Assembly: GCA_003556385.1 (NCBI GenBank)
Contig: PWRA01000113.1
Span: forward strand, 1 to 49,887
From: Dehalococcoidia bacterium
GTDB lineage: Bacteria; Chloroflexota; Dehalococcoidia; GIF9; AB-539-J10
DNA length: 49,887 bases
Direction: 5' to 3'
Under the pieces are notes generated by a model that ran no database searches, was not told where the DNA came from, and was given only the letters and a program-made list of their open reading frames with translations. Positions 17,791-24,503 of this stretch are shown in pieces (the stretch's first letter is position 1; each line of letters begins with the position of its first letter). The position numbers were made by a program, and so were the translations under genes.

Positions 17791-17859
17791 CGAATGTAAT
17801 ACTTTTGTAACTTTTTCTGGCTGCATTTTATGACTTCTTTACCACCTATCCATTACCAT
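17791..17859 (+). promoter_or_regulatory. copy A of a 4-member AT-rich promoter module (upstream block, ATGACT, 18 nt, TACCAT), upstream of the ABC-transporter operon
   Basis: cgAATGTAATACTTTTGTAACTTTTTctggctgcATTTT ATGACT (17830-17835), an 18-nt spacer, then TACCAT (17854-17859). Aligns position-for-position with the copies at 28653, 28575(-) and 42419(-). Confidence 0.6.
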
Positions 17860-17925
17860 GGTACTGAACCTTAGCGCGGCAGCCAAGGGGGATGAACCGG
17901 CAAAGAGAGAAAGGAGGTCCTGCCT

Positions 17926-17976
17926 ATGGTAGTAGAAGGTAACAGACGAAGAAGGGGTGATGAGGGGCGGTTGTAG
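17926..17976 (+). other. 16-codon upstream ORF (MVVEGNRRRRGDEGRL) with a strong SD in the leader of the ABC operon
   Basis: GAAAGGAGGT at 17909-17918, ATG at 17926, TAG at 17974-17976. The position of the SD relative to the promoter is conserved with copy B. Translation is unproven. Confidence 0.3.
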
Positions 17977-18023
17977 GAACGACAGGCAAACAAGTAGGAA
18001 CGAAATTCAAAGGAGGAGAAACA

Positions 18024-19238
18024 GTGAAGAATAGAGTATTCTTTGTTGCGTTGGCACTGGTCCTGGCTCTGAGCCTGGCCGGTCTCGGCTGTCCTGATCC
18101 AATAGAACCCGAGCCCGAGCTTACGGTCTATACCCTATGGACGGAGGAGGCGGAGAGACAGGCCTTTAACGCCGTTCTGGCCGAGTTCGAGGACCAGACG
18201 GGCATTCAGGTAACACACACGGCGGTGGACACGGACACCATGTTGGTCACTTTCCCCACGGCCTTCGCGGCGGGCACTTCGCCCGCGGATGTGGTCCTGG
18301 CACCTTGGTCTGCCTGGATCGTCGACCTCAGCGGCCACCTGCTGCCGGTGGGCGAACTGCTTGACGAAGACGAGTTCACCGCGGCCCACCTGGATCCGGT
18401 GACGGAGGCCGGACAGTTGTACGGAGCCCCCTTTAAGATGGCCGGCAAGCCGGGCTTCTGGTACAAGCCGTCGTTCTTTGCCACCCACGATCTGACACCG
18501 CCTGCTACATATGATGAGTTCGTGGAGCTGTTGGCCGACCTCGATGAGATACCCGAGTTGGAAGCCCCCATTGCCAGTGGTAATGGTGTGGGCTGGCCGC
18601 TCTCCGACCAGGTAGAGGGCTTCATAATCGGCCTAGGAGGATACCAACTGCAGTTGGACCTTATCCAGGGCACGGTGGCCTGGACGGATGACGTGGTGAG
18701 AGAGGACGTATTCGGCCCCCTGGTGGATCTGCTCGAGGCAGGTTACTTCAGTGTGCCCGACGAATGGGGAACACAGGTGGAGCAGCTCGACGCTGAGGTA
18801 TACGGCATGATGTGGATGGGCGACTGGATAATCGGCATGGTCGAAGACTCCGACGATATAGACTTCTTCCCGTTCCCGCAGACGGATGGCGTCGTCGGAG
18901 CAATCGACTATGCTATCGTAACCGAGTACACAGACTGGCCCGACGAAGCCCGGGAACTGGTCAGCTTTCTGGCCACCAGCGAGGCACAGGAGATATGGGC
19001 TGAGATAGGCGGTTACCTGGCGCCCAACGCGGAGGTCCCACTGGACATATACCCGCCAGCCGCCCGGTCGGTGGCAGAGTTTATGCTGACAGTCACCGTT
19101 GTTCCGGACCTGGACGACACCATCGGAGGGGCATTCCAGTCAACCTTCTGGGACCAGCTTAAGCTACTGTGGGTTAACCCCGATCTGGTGGACGACGTGC
19201 TCGAGGAAATAGAGGAAGACGCGCCGCAACCCGCGTAG
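18024..19238 (+). CDS. ABC transporter extracellular solute-binding lipoprotein (family 1, sugar-type), 404 aa
   Basis: GTG start with AAAGGAGGAG upstream. Signal peptide plus lipobox LSLAGLGC. Acidic SBP-like sequence followed by two MalF/MalG-type permease genes. Confidence 0.8.
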   Translation: MKNRVFFVALALVLALSLAGLGCPDPIEPEPELTVYTLWTEEAERQAFNAVLAEFEDQTGIQVTHTAVDTDTMLVTFPTAFAAGTSPADVVLAPWSAWIVDLSGHLLPVGELLDEDEFTAAHLDPVTEAGQLYGAPFKMAGKPGFWYKPSFFATHDLTPPATYDEFVELLADLDEIPELEAPIASGNGVGWPLSDQVEGFIIGLGGYQLQLDLIQGTVAWTDDVVREDVFGPLVDLLEAGYFSVPDEWGTQVEQLDAEVYGMMWMGDWIIGMVEDSDDIDFFPFPQTDGVVGAIDYAIVTEYTDWPDEARELVSFLATSEAQEIWAEIGGYLAPNAEVPLDIYPPAARSVAEFMLTVTVVPDLDDTIGGAFQSTFWDQLKLLWVNPDLVDDVLEEIEEDAPQPA

Positions 19239-19250
19239 TGCGCAAGAACT

Positions 19251-19338
19251 CGGTGCGGGGGCGGTTGCCTGAACGCCTCCGCACCGGTCCAATAGTCTGG
19301 ACCTGGCCCTGGTCTTTGGGTCTGAGAGGGGCAGACCC
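19251..19338 (+). promoter_or_regulatory. two intercistronic stem-loops between the SBP and permease genes
   Basis: CGGTGCGGGGG (19251-19261) pairs with CCTCCGCACCG (19276-19286) with 1 mismatch. GGGTCTG (19318-19324) pairs with CAGACCC (19332-19338). No U-tract follows, so these are more likely mRNA stabilizing or attenuating hairpins than a full terminator. Confidence 0.35.
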
Positions 19339-19393
19339 TGCGGTCTGATCTCGCAAATGCAGCAGAGCTTTTCTGTGAAAAGGGGACAACGAC

Positions 19394-20266
19394 ATGCGTA
19401 GGCTGATATTCATCCTACCGGCGCTTATCCTGGTCGCCTTAATAGTGATCTTTCCGGCCGCCGAGACAATACGCTGGAGCTTCTGGGGGTGGGACCGGCT
19501 GGAGATGACTGAATTCGTCGGGTTCGACAACTACGAGCGGCTTTTCGGCAGTAGATCGTTCATCAATATGGCCCGGTTCCCGACCCAGAATCCACCGTGG
19601 GGGGCCCTGATTCACAACATCGTGTGGGTGATAGTCTTCATCCCTCTCACCGCATTGCTCGGTCTGTTCCTGGCTGTTCTGCTCAGGGAGGTCAAAGGCG
19701 GGTCCATAATCAAGTCCATGATCTTCATAGGGATGGTGGTCCCGCTGGTTGTGGGTGGGATGATAATCCGTTTCGTGTTCGACGGGAGGGCGGGAATAGT
19801 AAACGCCGCGCTGCGCACCGTCGGGCTGGATGATCTTGCACGTACCTGGACGGCCTTCCCGGATACTGCCCTGCTTTCACTGATACTGGGCTCGGTCTGG
19901 ATCTGGACCGGTTTTGCCATGATAATCTACTCCGCCGGCCTGGAGCTCATATCGAAGGACCTGTACGAGTCGGCCAGTGTGGACGGCGCCTCACCGTGGC
20001 GAACGTTCCGCAGGATAACCATCCCTATGGTCAAACCTGCCACCCTGATTGTGGTCGTCATGAACCTGATATACGTACTGAGGATCTTCGATATCGTCTA
20101 TGTCGCGACCCGGGGTGGTCCCGGCGGCGCCTCCAGTGTCCTGGCTTTCCAGGGTTACCTCTTTGCCTTTCAGCAACGCGAGTGGGGAATGGCCTCGGCA
20201 GTCTTCACCTTTCTGACCCTTGCTGCCGCCATCATCAGCGTGGTCCTGGTAAGAAGGGTGAAATAA
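19394..20266 (+). CDS. carbohydrate ABC transporter permease (MalF/UgpA-like), 290 aa
   Basis: Multiple TM segments and the EAA-loop region LYESASVDGASPWRTFRRITIPM. Confidence 0.9.
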   Translation: MRRLIFILPALILVALIVIFPAAETIRWSFWGWDRLEMTEFVGFDNYERLFGSRSFINMARFPTQNPPWGALIHNIVWVIVFIPLTALLGLFLAVLLREVKGGSIIKSMIFIGMVVPLVVGGMIIRFVFDGRAGIVNAALRTVGLDDLARTWTAFPDTALLSLILGSVWIWTGFAMIIYSAGLELISKDLYESASVDGASPWRTFRRITIPMVKPATLIVVVMNLIYVLRIFDIVYVATRGGPGGASSVLAFQGYLFAFQQREWGMASAVFTFLTLAAAIISVVLVRRVK

Positions 20267-21093
20267 TGAAGAGGCCGAGGATCATTCTATATGTCATCGC
20301 CTGGCTCATCGGTATCATCTGGGTGCTGCCCTTTTTCGGGGTATTCGTCACGTCCGTGAGGCCTTTTGGTGAGGTAGTTGACGGCTGGTGGCAGCTGGAA
20401 GAGTTCACCCTTACCCTGGACGCATTCCGACAGGCCTGGAATCATCCGGATGCTCCCGTAGGCCCCGCCCTCTTGAACTCCCTCTCCATAGCCATTCCCG
20501 CCACCATACTGACCATCATCCTTGCTTCGCTGGCAGCCTATGCCTTTGCCAGGTTCGAGTTCCGGCTTAAGGGTCCCCTCTTCTCCCTCCTGATAATCAT
20601 TATGGCGATGCCGGGCCAGTCGATCATCATCCCTCTGTTTGCCCATATGATCACCCTGGGGCTCATCGATACCCGGCTAGGGCTTATCCTGATTCACACA
20701 GCCTGGGGAATACCCTGGGCGGTATTGTTCTTGAGAAACTTCTTCCTCAGCGTTCCCATCGACCTGGAGGAATCCGCCCGCGTGGATGGGGCTTCCGATC
20801 TGACGGTCTTCCGCCGCATAGTCCTGCCCATAGCCCTGCCAGCCATAGTCTCCATCGCCGTCCTGCAATTCGTCTGGGTGTGGAATGACTTCCTCTTCGC
20901 CCTGATCGTCATATTGTCCCCAGACAAGAAAGTAGTGACCCAGACCATCCCGCTGCTAAGGGGTAGATTCGACATCCCCTGGAGCGTGCTTAGTGCCGCC
21001 TCGGTGCTGGGCATGATTATCCCCCTACTAGTATTTGTGTTTCTCCAGAGGTATTACATAAAGGGGGTGATGGCCGGCGCGATAAAGGGTTAG
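20266..21093 (+). CDS. carbohydrate ABC transporter permease (MalG/UgpE-like), 275 aa
   Basis: ORF 19996..21093 trimmed to ATG 20266, which overlaps the upstream stop (TAATG). EAA loop LEESARVDGASDLTVFRRIVLPI. Typical C-terminus QRYYIKGVMAGAIKG. Confidence 0.9.
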   Translation: MKRPRIILYVIAWLIGIIWVLPFFGVFVTSVRPFGEVVDGWWQLEEFTLTLDAFRQAWNHPDAPVGPALLNSLSIAIPATILTIILASLAAYAFARFEFRLKGPLFSLLIIIMAMPGQSIIIPLFAHMITLGLIDTRLGLILIHTAWGIPWAVLFLRNFFLSVPIDLEESARVDGASDLTVFRRIVLPIALPAIVSIAVLQFVWVWNDFLFALIVILSPDKKVVTQTIPLLRGRFDIPWSVLSAASVLGMIIPLLVFVFLQRYYIKGVMAGAIKG

Positions 21094-22183
21094 AGCATCC
21101 CCGCGTCAGCAGCCTGTCCTGATCGTAAAGGTAGATAGACTCTTTCGGGAAAGTCAGGTAGACCTTGCTGCCCATCTCGGCGGTGAAGCCGGGAGCAGTC
21201 TTGGCCTTGATCATCATGTCTTCTAACAGCAGGTCGACTATTACGTGTTCGCCCAGGGGCTCATCCGCGTAGCCCTCCGCCTCAAGAGAGTTCTCCTGCC
21301 GCTCCTTGTGCACCGAGAAGTGCTCGGGCCTCACACCCAGGACCAGCTTTGTACCGGCAGGCTTTTCCTTCAACTGCTCGGCAAGGTCCTTATCTAGCGT
21401 GATAGTGGATTCACCGGTACCGAGGCACTTCAGTCCGCCATTCTCGGTCAGAGTGCACTCGATCAAGTTCATCGGCGGAGACCCGATGAAGCCGGCCACC
21501 CACTGGTTCTCAGGGCAGTAGTACAGGTCGTCCGGAGTGCCGACCTGCTGCAGGATCCCCTCGTTCATCACCGCAACCCTATCGGACATGGCCATCGCCT
21601 CCACCTGGTCATGGGTTACGTATACCGTGGTTACCTTCAGCCTCTTATGCAACCTCTTCAGCTCTGCCCTCATCAGGACTCTGAGCTTGGCATCCAGATT
21701 CGACAGGGGCTCGTCCATCAGATAGGCCGAGGGTTGCCTGACGATCGCCCTGGCCAGGGCGACCCTCTGCCGCTGTCCGCCGCTTAGCTGCCCCGGTTTT
21801 CGGTCCAGGAACTGCTCAATCTGGACGAACTCCGCCGCCTCCTTGGCGAGCTTGACCCTCTCCTTTTTGGCAACGCCGCGCGCCTCTAGAGGGAAGGCGA
21901 TGTTGTCCAGCACAGTCATATGAGGATAGATAGCGTAGCTCTGAAAAACCATGGCCACGTTGCGCTTCCCGGGAGAAACCCGGGACACGGGCTTTCCGTC
22001 GAAGTAGATCTCGCCCGAGGTGGGTGCTTCCAGCCCCGCAATAAGGCGGAGGGTGGTCGTCTTACCGCACCCCGATGGCCCTACCAGGCTTATGAACTCC
22101 CCGTCTTCGATCTCGAGATTGACATCATCAACCGCCTTGACGCCCGCAAAGTGTTTGCTCAGACTCTTTAACCGTATCTCCAT
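21017..22183 (-). CDS. ABC transporter ATP-binding protein (MalK/UgpC-like), 388 aa
   Basis: Walker A GPSGCGKTT, signature LSGGQRQRVALARA, Walker B YLMDEPLSNLD. C-terminal TOBE-like domain. The last ~26 codons overlap the convergent permease gene. Confidence 0.9.
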   Translation of the reverse strand: MEIRLKSLSKHFAGVKAVDDVNLEIEDGEFISLVGPSGCGKTTTLRLIAGLEAPTSGEIYFDGKPVSRVSPGKRNVAMVFQSYAIYPHMTVLDNIAFPLEARGVAKKERVKLAKEAAEFVQIEQFLDRKPGQLSGGQRQRVALARAIVRQPSAYLMDEPLSNLDAKLRVLMRAELKRLHKRLKVTTVYVTHDQVEAMAMSDRVAVMNEGILQQVGTPDDLYYCPENQWVAGFIGSPPMNLIECTLTENGGLKCLGTGESTITLDKDLAEQLKEKPAGTKLVLGVRPEHFSVHKERQENSLEAEGYADEPLGEHVIVDLLLEDMMIKAKTAPGFTAEMGSKVYLTFPKESIYLYDQDRLLTRGCSNPLSRRPSPPLCNTSGETQILVGG

Positions 22184-22253
22184 CTCAACACCTCTTACAA
22201 CCCGGCCTCAGCTAGCGGCAATCATCACATCTCGAAACATCTCCCACTCGTAG

Positions 22254-22329
22254 TGGTGGGCGGTACTGGATTTGAACCAGTGACCTCCTGTGTGTAAGAC
22301 AGGCGCTCTCACCACTGAGCTAACCGCCC
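22254..22329 (-). tRNA. tRNA-Val (anticodon TAC), CCA encoded
   Basis: Reverse complement folds as GGGCGGT TA GCTC AGTGGTGA GAGC G CCTGT CTTACAC ACAGG AGGTC ACTGG TTCAAAT CCAGT ACCGCCC A CCA. Confidence 0.9.
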
Positions 22330-22333
22330 CAAG

Positions 22334-22407
22334 CACGCCTGGCGGGATTTGAACCCGCGACCTCAGCCTCCGCAGGGCTGCGCTCTATCCTGCTGAGCTA
22401 CAGGCGT
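22334..22407 (-). tRNA. tRNA-Arg (anticodon GCG), no encoded CCA
   Basis: Reverse complement folds as ACGCCTG TA GCTC AGCAGGATA GAGC G CAGCC CTGCGGA GGCTG AGGTC GCGGG TTCAAAT CCCGC CAGGCGT G. Confidence 0.8.
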
Positions 22408-22424
22408 ATACGAGATCGCATACA

Positions 22425-22510
22425 TGGTGCCGAAGGAGGGATTTGAACCCTCACGCCCGTAAGGACACTACGCCCTGAACGTAGCGCGTCTGCCGTTCCG
22501 CCACTTCGGC
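22425..22510 (-). tRNA. tRNA-Leu (anticodon CAG), class II with long variable arm, CCA encoded
   Basis: Reverse complement is GCCGAAG TG GCGGAACGGCAGACGC G CTACG TTCAGGG CGTAG TGTCCTTACGGGCG TGAGGGTTCAAATCCCTC CTTCGGC A CCA. Confidence 0.85.
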
Positions 22511-22512
22511 AT

Positions 22513-22881
22513 CTAATGGGCAGCCTCGAACTCTCCCTTTCCCAGCGCAACAAATATGAGTGATAGCAAGCCGATAACGGACGCCGGGAGAGCACAGATA
22601 GCCCCTGCCAGCGCCAGCCCGAAACTCTTCCTTCTCAGGGCCGAGATTCCGCCTGCGATGGCAATTATCCCCAGAACAACAAGCACCGCCCCTGCGATGA
22701 CCAGCCACATAGCGACTATACCTCCCCCAGGAGTCCCGGGCGGTGGACTGAACTCCATCAGGAACCGATGACCCATCAGTCCCAAGGCAACCACCACACC
22801 TCCACCGATTAACTCCATCACTCCCGCTATTATGGCCAGAACTCCTCCGGCGGTCAGTAAGCCTCCGCGGCCGTCATTCAT
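22513..22881 (-). CDS. small Gly/Ala-rich integral membrane protein embedded in the tRNA operon, 122 aa
   Basis: ORF 22513..22989 overlaps tRNA-Val, so it is trimmed to ATG 22881 (GGAGGTG 6 nt upstream). About 4 hydrophobic segments (LLTAGGVLAIIAGVMELIGGGVVVALGL..., IVAMWLVIAGAVLVVLGIIAIAGG..., LALAGAICALPASVIGLLSLIFVAL). No recognisable family. Confidence 0.55.
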   Translation of the reverse strand: MNDGRGGLLTAGGVLAIIAGVMELIGGGVVVALGLMGHRFLMEFSPPPGTPGGGIVAMWLVIAGAVLVVLGIIAIAGGISALRRKSFGLALAGAICALPASVIGLLSLIFVALGKGEFEAAH

Positions 22882-22909
22882 CTTTGCACCTCCATCGCAT
22901 TGGCGTTTA

Positions 22910-22985
22910 TGGTGGGCAGTACTGGACTTGAACCAGTGACCTCTTGCGTGTGAAGCAAGCGCTCTAACCACTGAGCTAACCGCCC
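22910..22985 (-). tRNA. tRNA-Val (anticodon CAC), CCA encoded
   Basis: Reverse complement folds as GGGCGGT TA GCTC AGTGGTTA GAGC G CTTGC TTCACAC GCAAG AGGTC ACTGG TTCAAGT CCAGT ACTGCCC A CCA. Confidence 0.9.
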
Positions 22986-22997
22986 GCACTCACACCT

Positions 22998-23026
22998 ATT
23001 GTAACTCCAAAACCTAGCTTTGTAAA
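22998..23026 (-). promoter_or_regulatory. sigma70-type promoter TTTACA-17nt-TACAAT for the tRNA operon
   Basis: Minus strand: TTTACA (23026-23021), a 17-nt spacer, TACAAT (23003-22998). This sits about 12 nt upstream of the tRNA-Val(CAC) 5' end. Confidence 0.6.
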
Positions 23027-23291
23027 CACAGCTCAGGGCGGCAGAATCGACGCCGGTCAAGCACGCCACCAAACGGTCCAAGCGACCCTGGTCCGTGCGA
23101 TCGCCCTACCGACGAGACCGTCAGGCGCCCGGTCAAAATACACGACTCTGTATGCAGCAGGAGAGCACGGGGGCCGAACCTCGGCAGGCCGGCCCGTGTG
23201 CAGCGTAGCCACACAGCCCTTCGCGAGAAGCAGCCGCCATAACAGGCTACTGTAGCGACACGCAAGAGTGACGAGAGACAGGAAGCCCCGG

Positions 23292-23462
23292 CTAACTCTT
23301 CTTCTTCAGCTCTTCACCACAGCAGACAAAGGTACAGGGCTCGCATTCGCACTCTTCAGGAGGAGTGCCCACCTCTCTGCATTCCTTCACCACCTTCAGT
23401 TCCAGCCCGCAATCCTCGCACGCATACACATCCCCCATTTTCAGTTCATGACAACCCGGCAT
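23292..23462 (-). CDS. desulforedoxin-like small Cys-rich metalloprotein with a Cys-rich insertion, 56 aa
   Basis: ORF trimmed to ATG 23462 (GAAAGGAGG upstream). GDVYACEDCG...FVCCGEEL matches the desulforedoxin CxxC...CC iron site. An extra segment ECREVGTPPEECECEPC adds 4 more Cys. Confidence 0.5.
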   Translation of the reverse strand: MPGCHELKMGDVYACEDCGLELKVVKECREVGTPPEECECEPCTFVCCGEELKKKS

Positions 23463-23514
23463 AGCTCTATCCTCCTTTCTCGAAGATGTCATCCAGTCGT
23501 CTTAAGATAGCAGT

Positions 23515-23543
23515 ACTATAGTCGAGTCTGGCTCTCCAGGCAA
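23515..23543 (-). promoter_or_regulatory. possible sigma70-type promoter TTGCCT-17nt-TATAGT upstream of the desulforedoxin-like gene
   Basis: Minus strand: TTGCCT (23543-23538), a 17-nt spacer, TATAGT (23520-23515), in the gap after the aldo/keto reductase stop. Confidence 0.4.
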
Positions 23544-23615
23544 CTTCTTCCCCACGTCCGCCGTCTGATATAAAGCATCCGTGCATCACTCGCCTCCAGT
23601 CCCGGCATCGCTCCA

Positions 23616-24476
23616 TCACCTCATCACCCATTGCGATGGAGCATTCCACACCTCCGCCTTCCACGGGACTGTCTCAGGCGTTACCATGGGCAAGATCTCC
23701 TTGAACAGCTCCAGGCGTTCTGTGTCGGTCAAAGCCCGGTAACTCTCAGCGACCGCCAGGTTCCTTTCCAACTGCTCCATGCTCTCCATACCGACAACAG
23801 CGGTGCTGATAGGCAGGCTGAAGGCATATCGCAGCGCCCGTTCGTATATGTGAGCCAGGGCACCGAGCCCCATTATCTTCATGCCTATGACGGCCACACC
23901 ACGAGCGTTAGCTATCGCCAGGAACTCTTCTACGAAGCTCAGAACGCAGTGATCGAGCACCGAGGTTGCGCAGAGTACGCTATCGAATGGAAACCTCCAC
24001 AACGCTTCCAGCTGGACCTGTGGATTGGTATGGCCACTGATGCTGATATACCGCACCAGACCCTCATCCCGGGCCCGCACAGCCGCCTCTAACGCACCGC
24101 CCGGAGCAGTAACCCTGTCAAGCTCGGCCAAAGACCACACATGATGCATACGCAACTCATCAACGAAGTCGGTCTGAAGTCGCCTCAGGCTCTCCTCCAA
24201 CTGGCTTCTGGCCTCGTCGCGGTCTCGGGACCATACCTTTGTGGCGATCCACATCTCCTTTCTGCGACGGGAAGCTACCTTCCCCACCCGTTCCTCCGAC
24301 TGTCCACCGGAATACACCCATGCCGTATCGAAATAGAACACCCCGCTGTCGATGGCATGGTTAACTATCCGGACGGCCTCCTCTTCAGAACACCCGTGCC
24401 CATCCACGATGCGCTGAGCGCCGAAACCCAGCATGGGGACTCTCTCGCCGGTATTGCCAAACTCCCTCTGCTCCAT
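23616..24476 (-). CDS. aldo/keto reductase family oxidoreductase, 286 aa
   Basis: FGAQRI....EEEAVRIVNHAIDSGVFYFDTAWVYSGGQSE..VGK, with typical AKR length and layout. Confidence 0.85.
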   Translation of the reverse strand: MEQREFGNTGERVPMLGFGAQRIVDGHGCSEEEAVRIVNHAIDSGVFYFDTAWVYSGGQSEERVGKVASRRRKEMWIATKVWSRDRDEARSQLEESLRRLQTDFVDELRMHHVWSLAELDRVTAPGGALEAAVRARDEGLVRYISISGHTNPQVQLEALWRFPFDSVLCATSVLDHCVLSFVEEFLAIANARGVAVIGMKIMGLGALAHIYERALRYAFSLPISTAVVGMESMEQLERNLAVAESYRALTDTERLELFKEILPMVTPETVPWKAEVWNAPSQWVMR

Positions 24477-24503
24477 CTTAAGCTCCTATGGGTGGTCGTC
24501 GCT

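Noticed and set aside
19318-19360. TPP-riboswitch-like words (CUGAGA ... ACCC ... GGUCUGAUCUCGCAAAUGC) between the SBP and permease genes
   Set aside because: The CUGAGA/ACCC part folds as a simple 7-bp hairpin with no room for the P3 stem. No P1 or P4/P5 pairing equivalent to the THI element can be drawn. The position is intercistronic in a sugar-type transporter operon. It is more likely an intercistronic stabilising hairpin. An Rfam scan would settle it.
22882-22989. 5' extension of ORF 22513..22989
   Set aside because: The extension runs through tRNA-Val(CAC) at 22910-22985. An internal ATG at 22881 with GGAGGTG is the credible start.
22184-23291. Possible integrated mobile element or genomic island next to the tRNA cluster
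   Set aside because: No integrase, recombinase, transposase or phage gene, and no duplicated tRNA 3' fragment (att-like direct repeat), is visible on either side. The flanking genes are ordinary metabolic genes.
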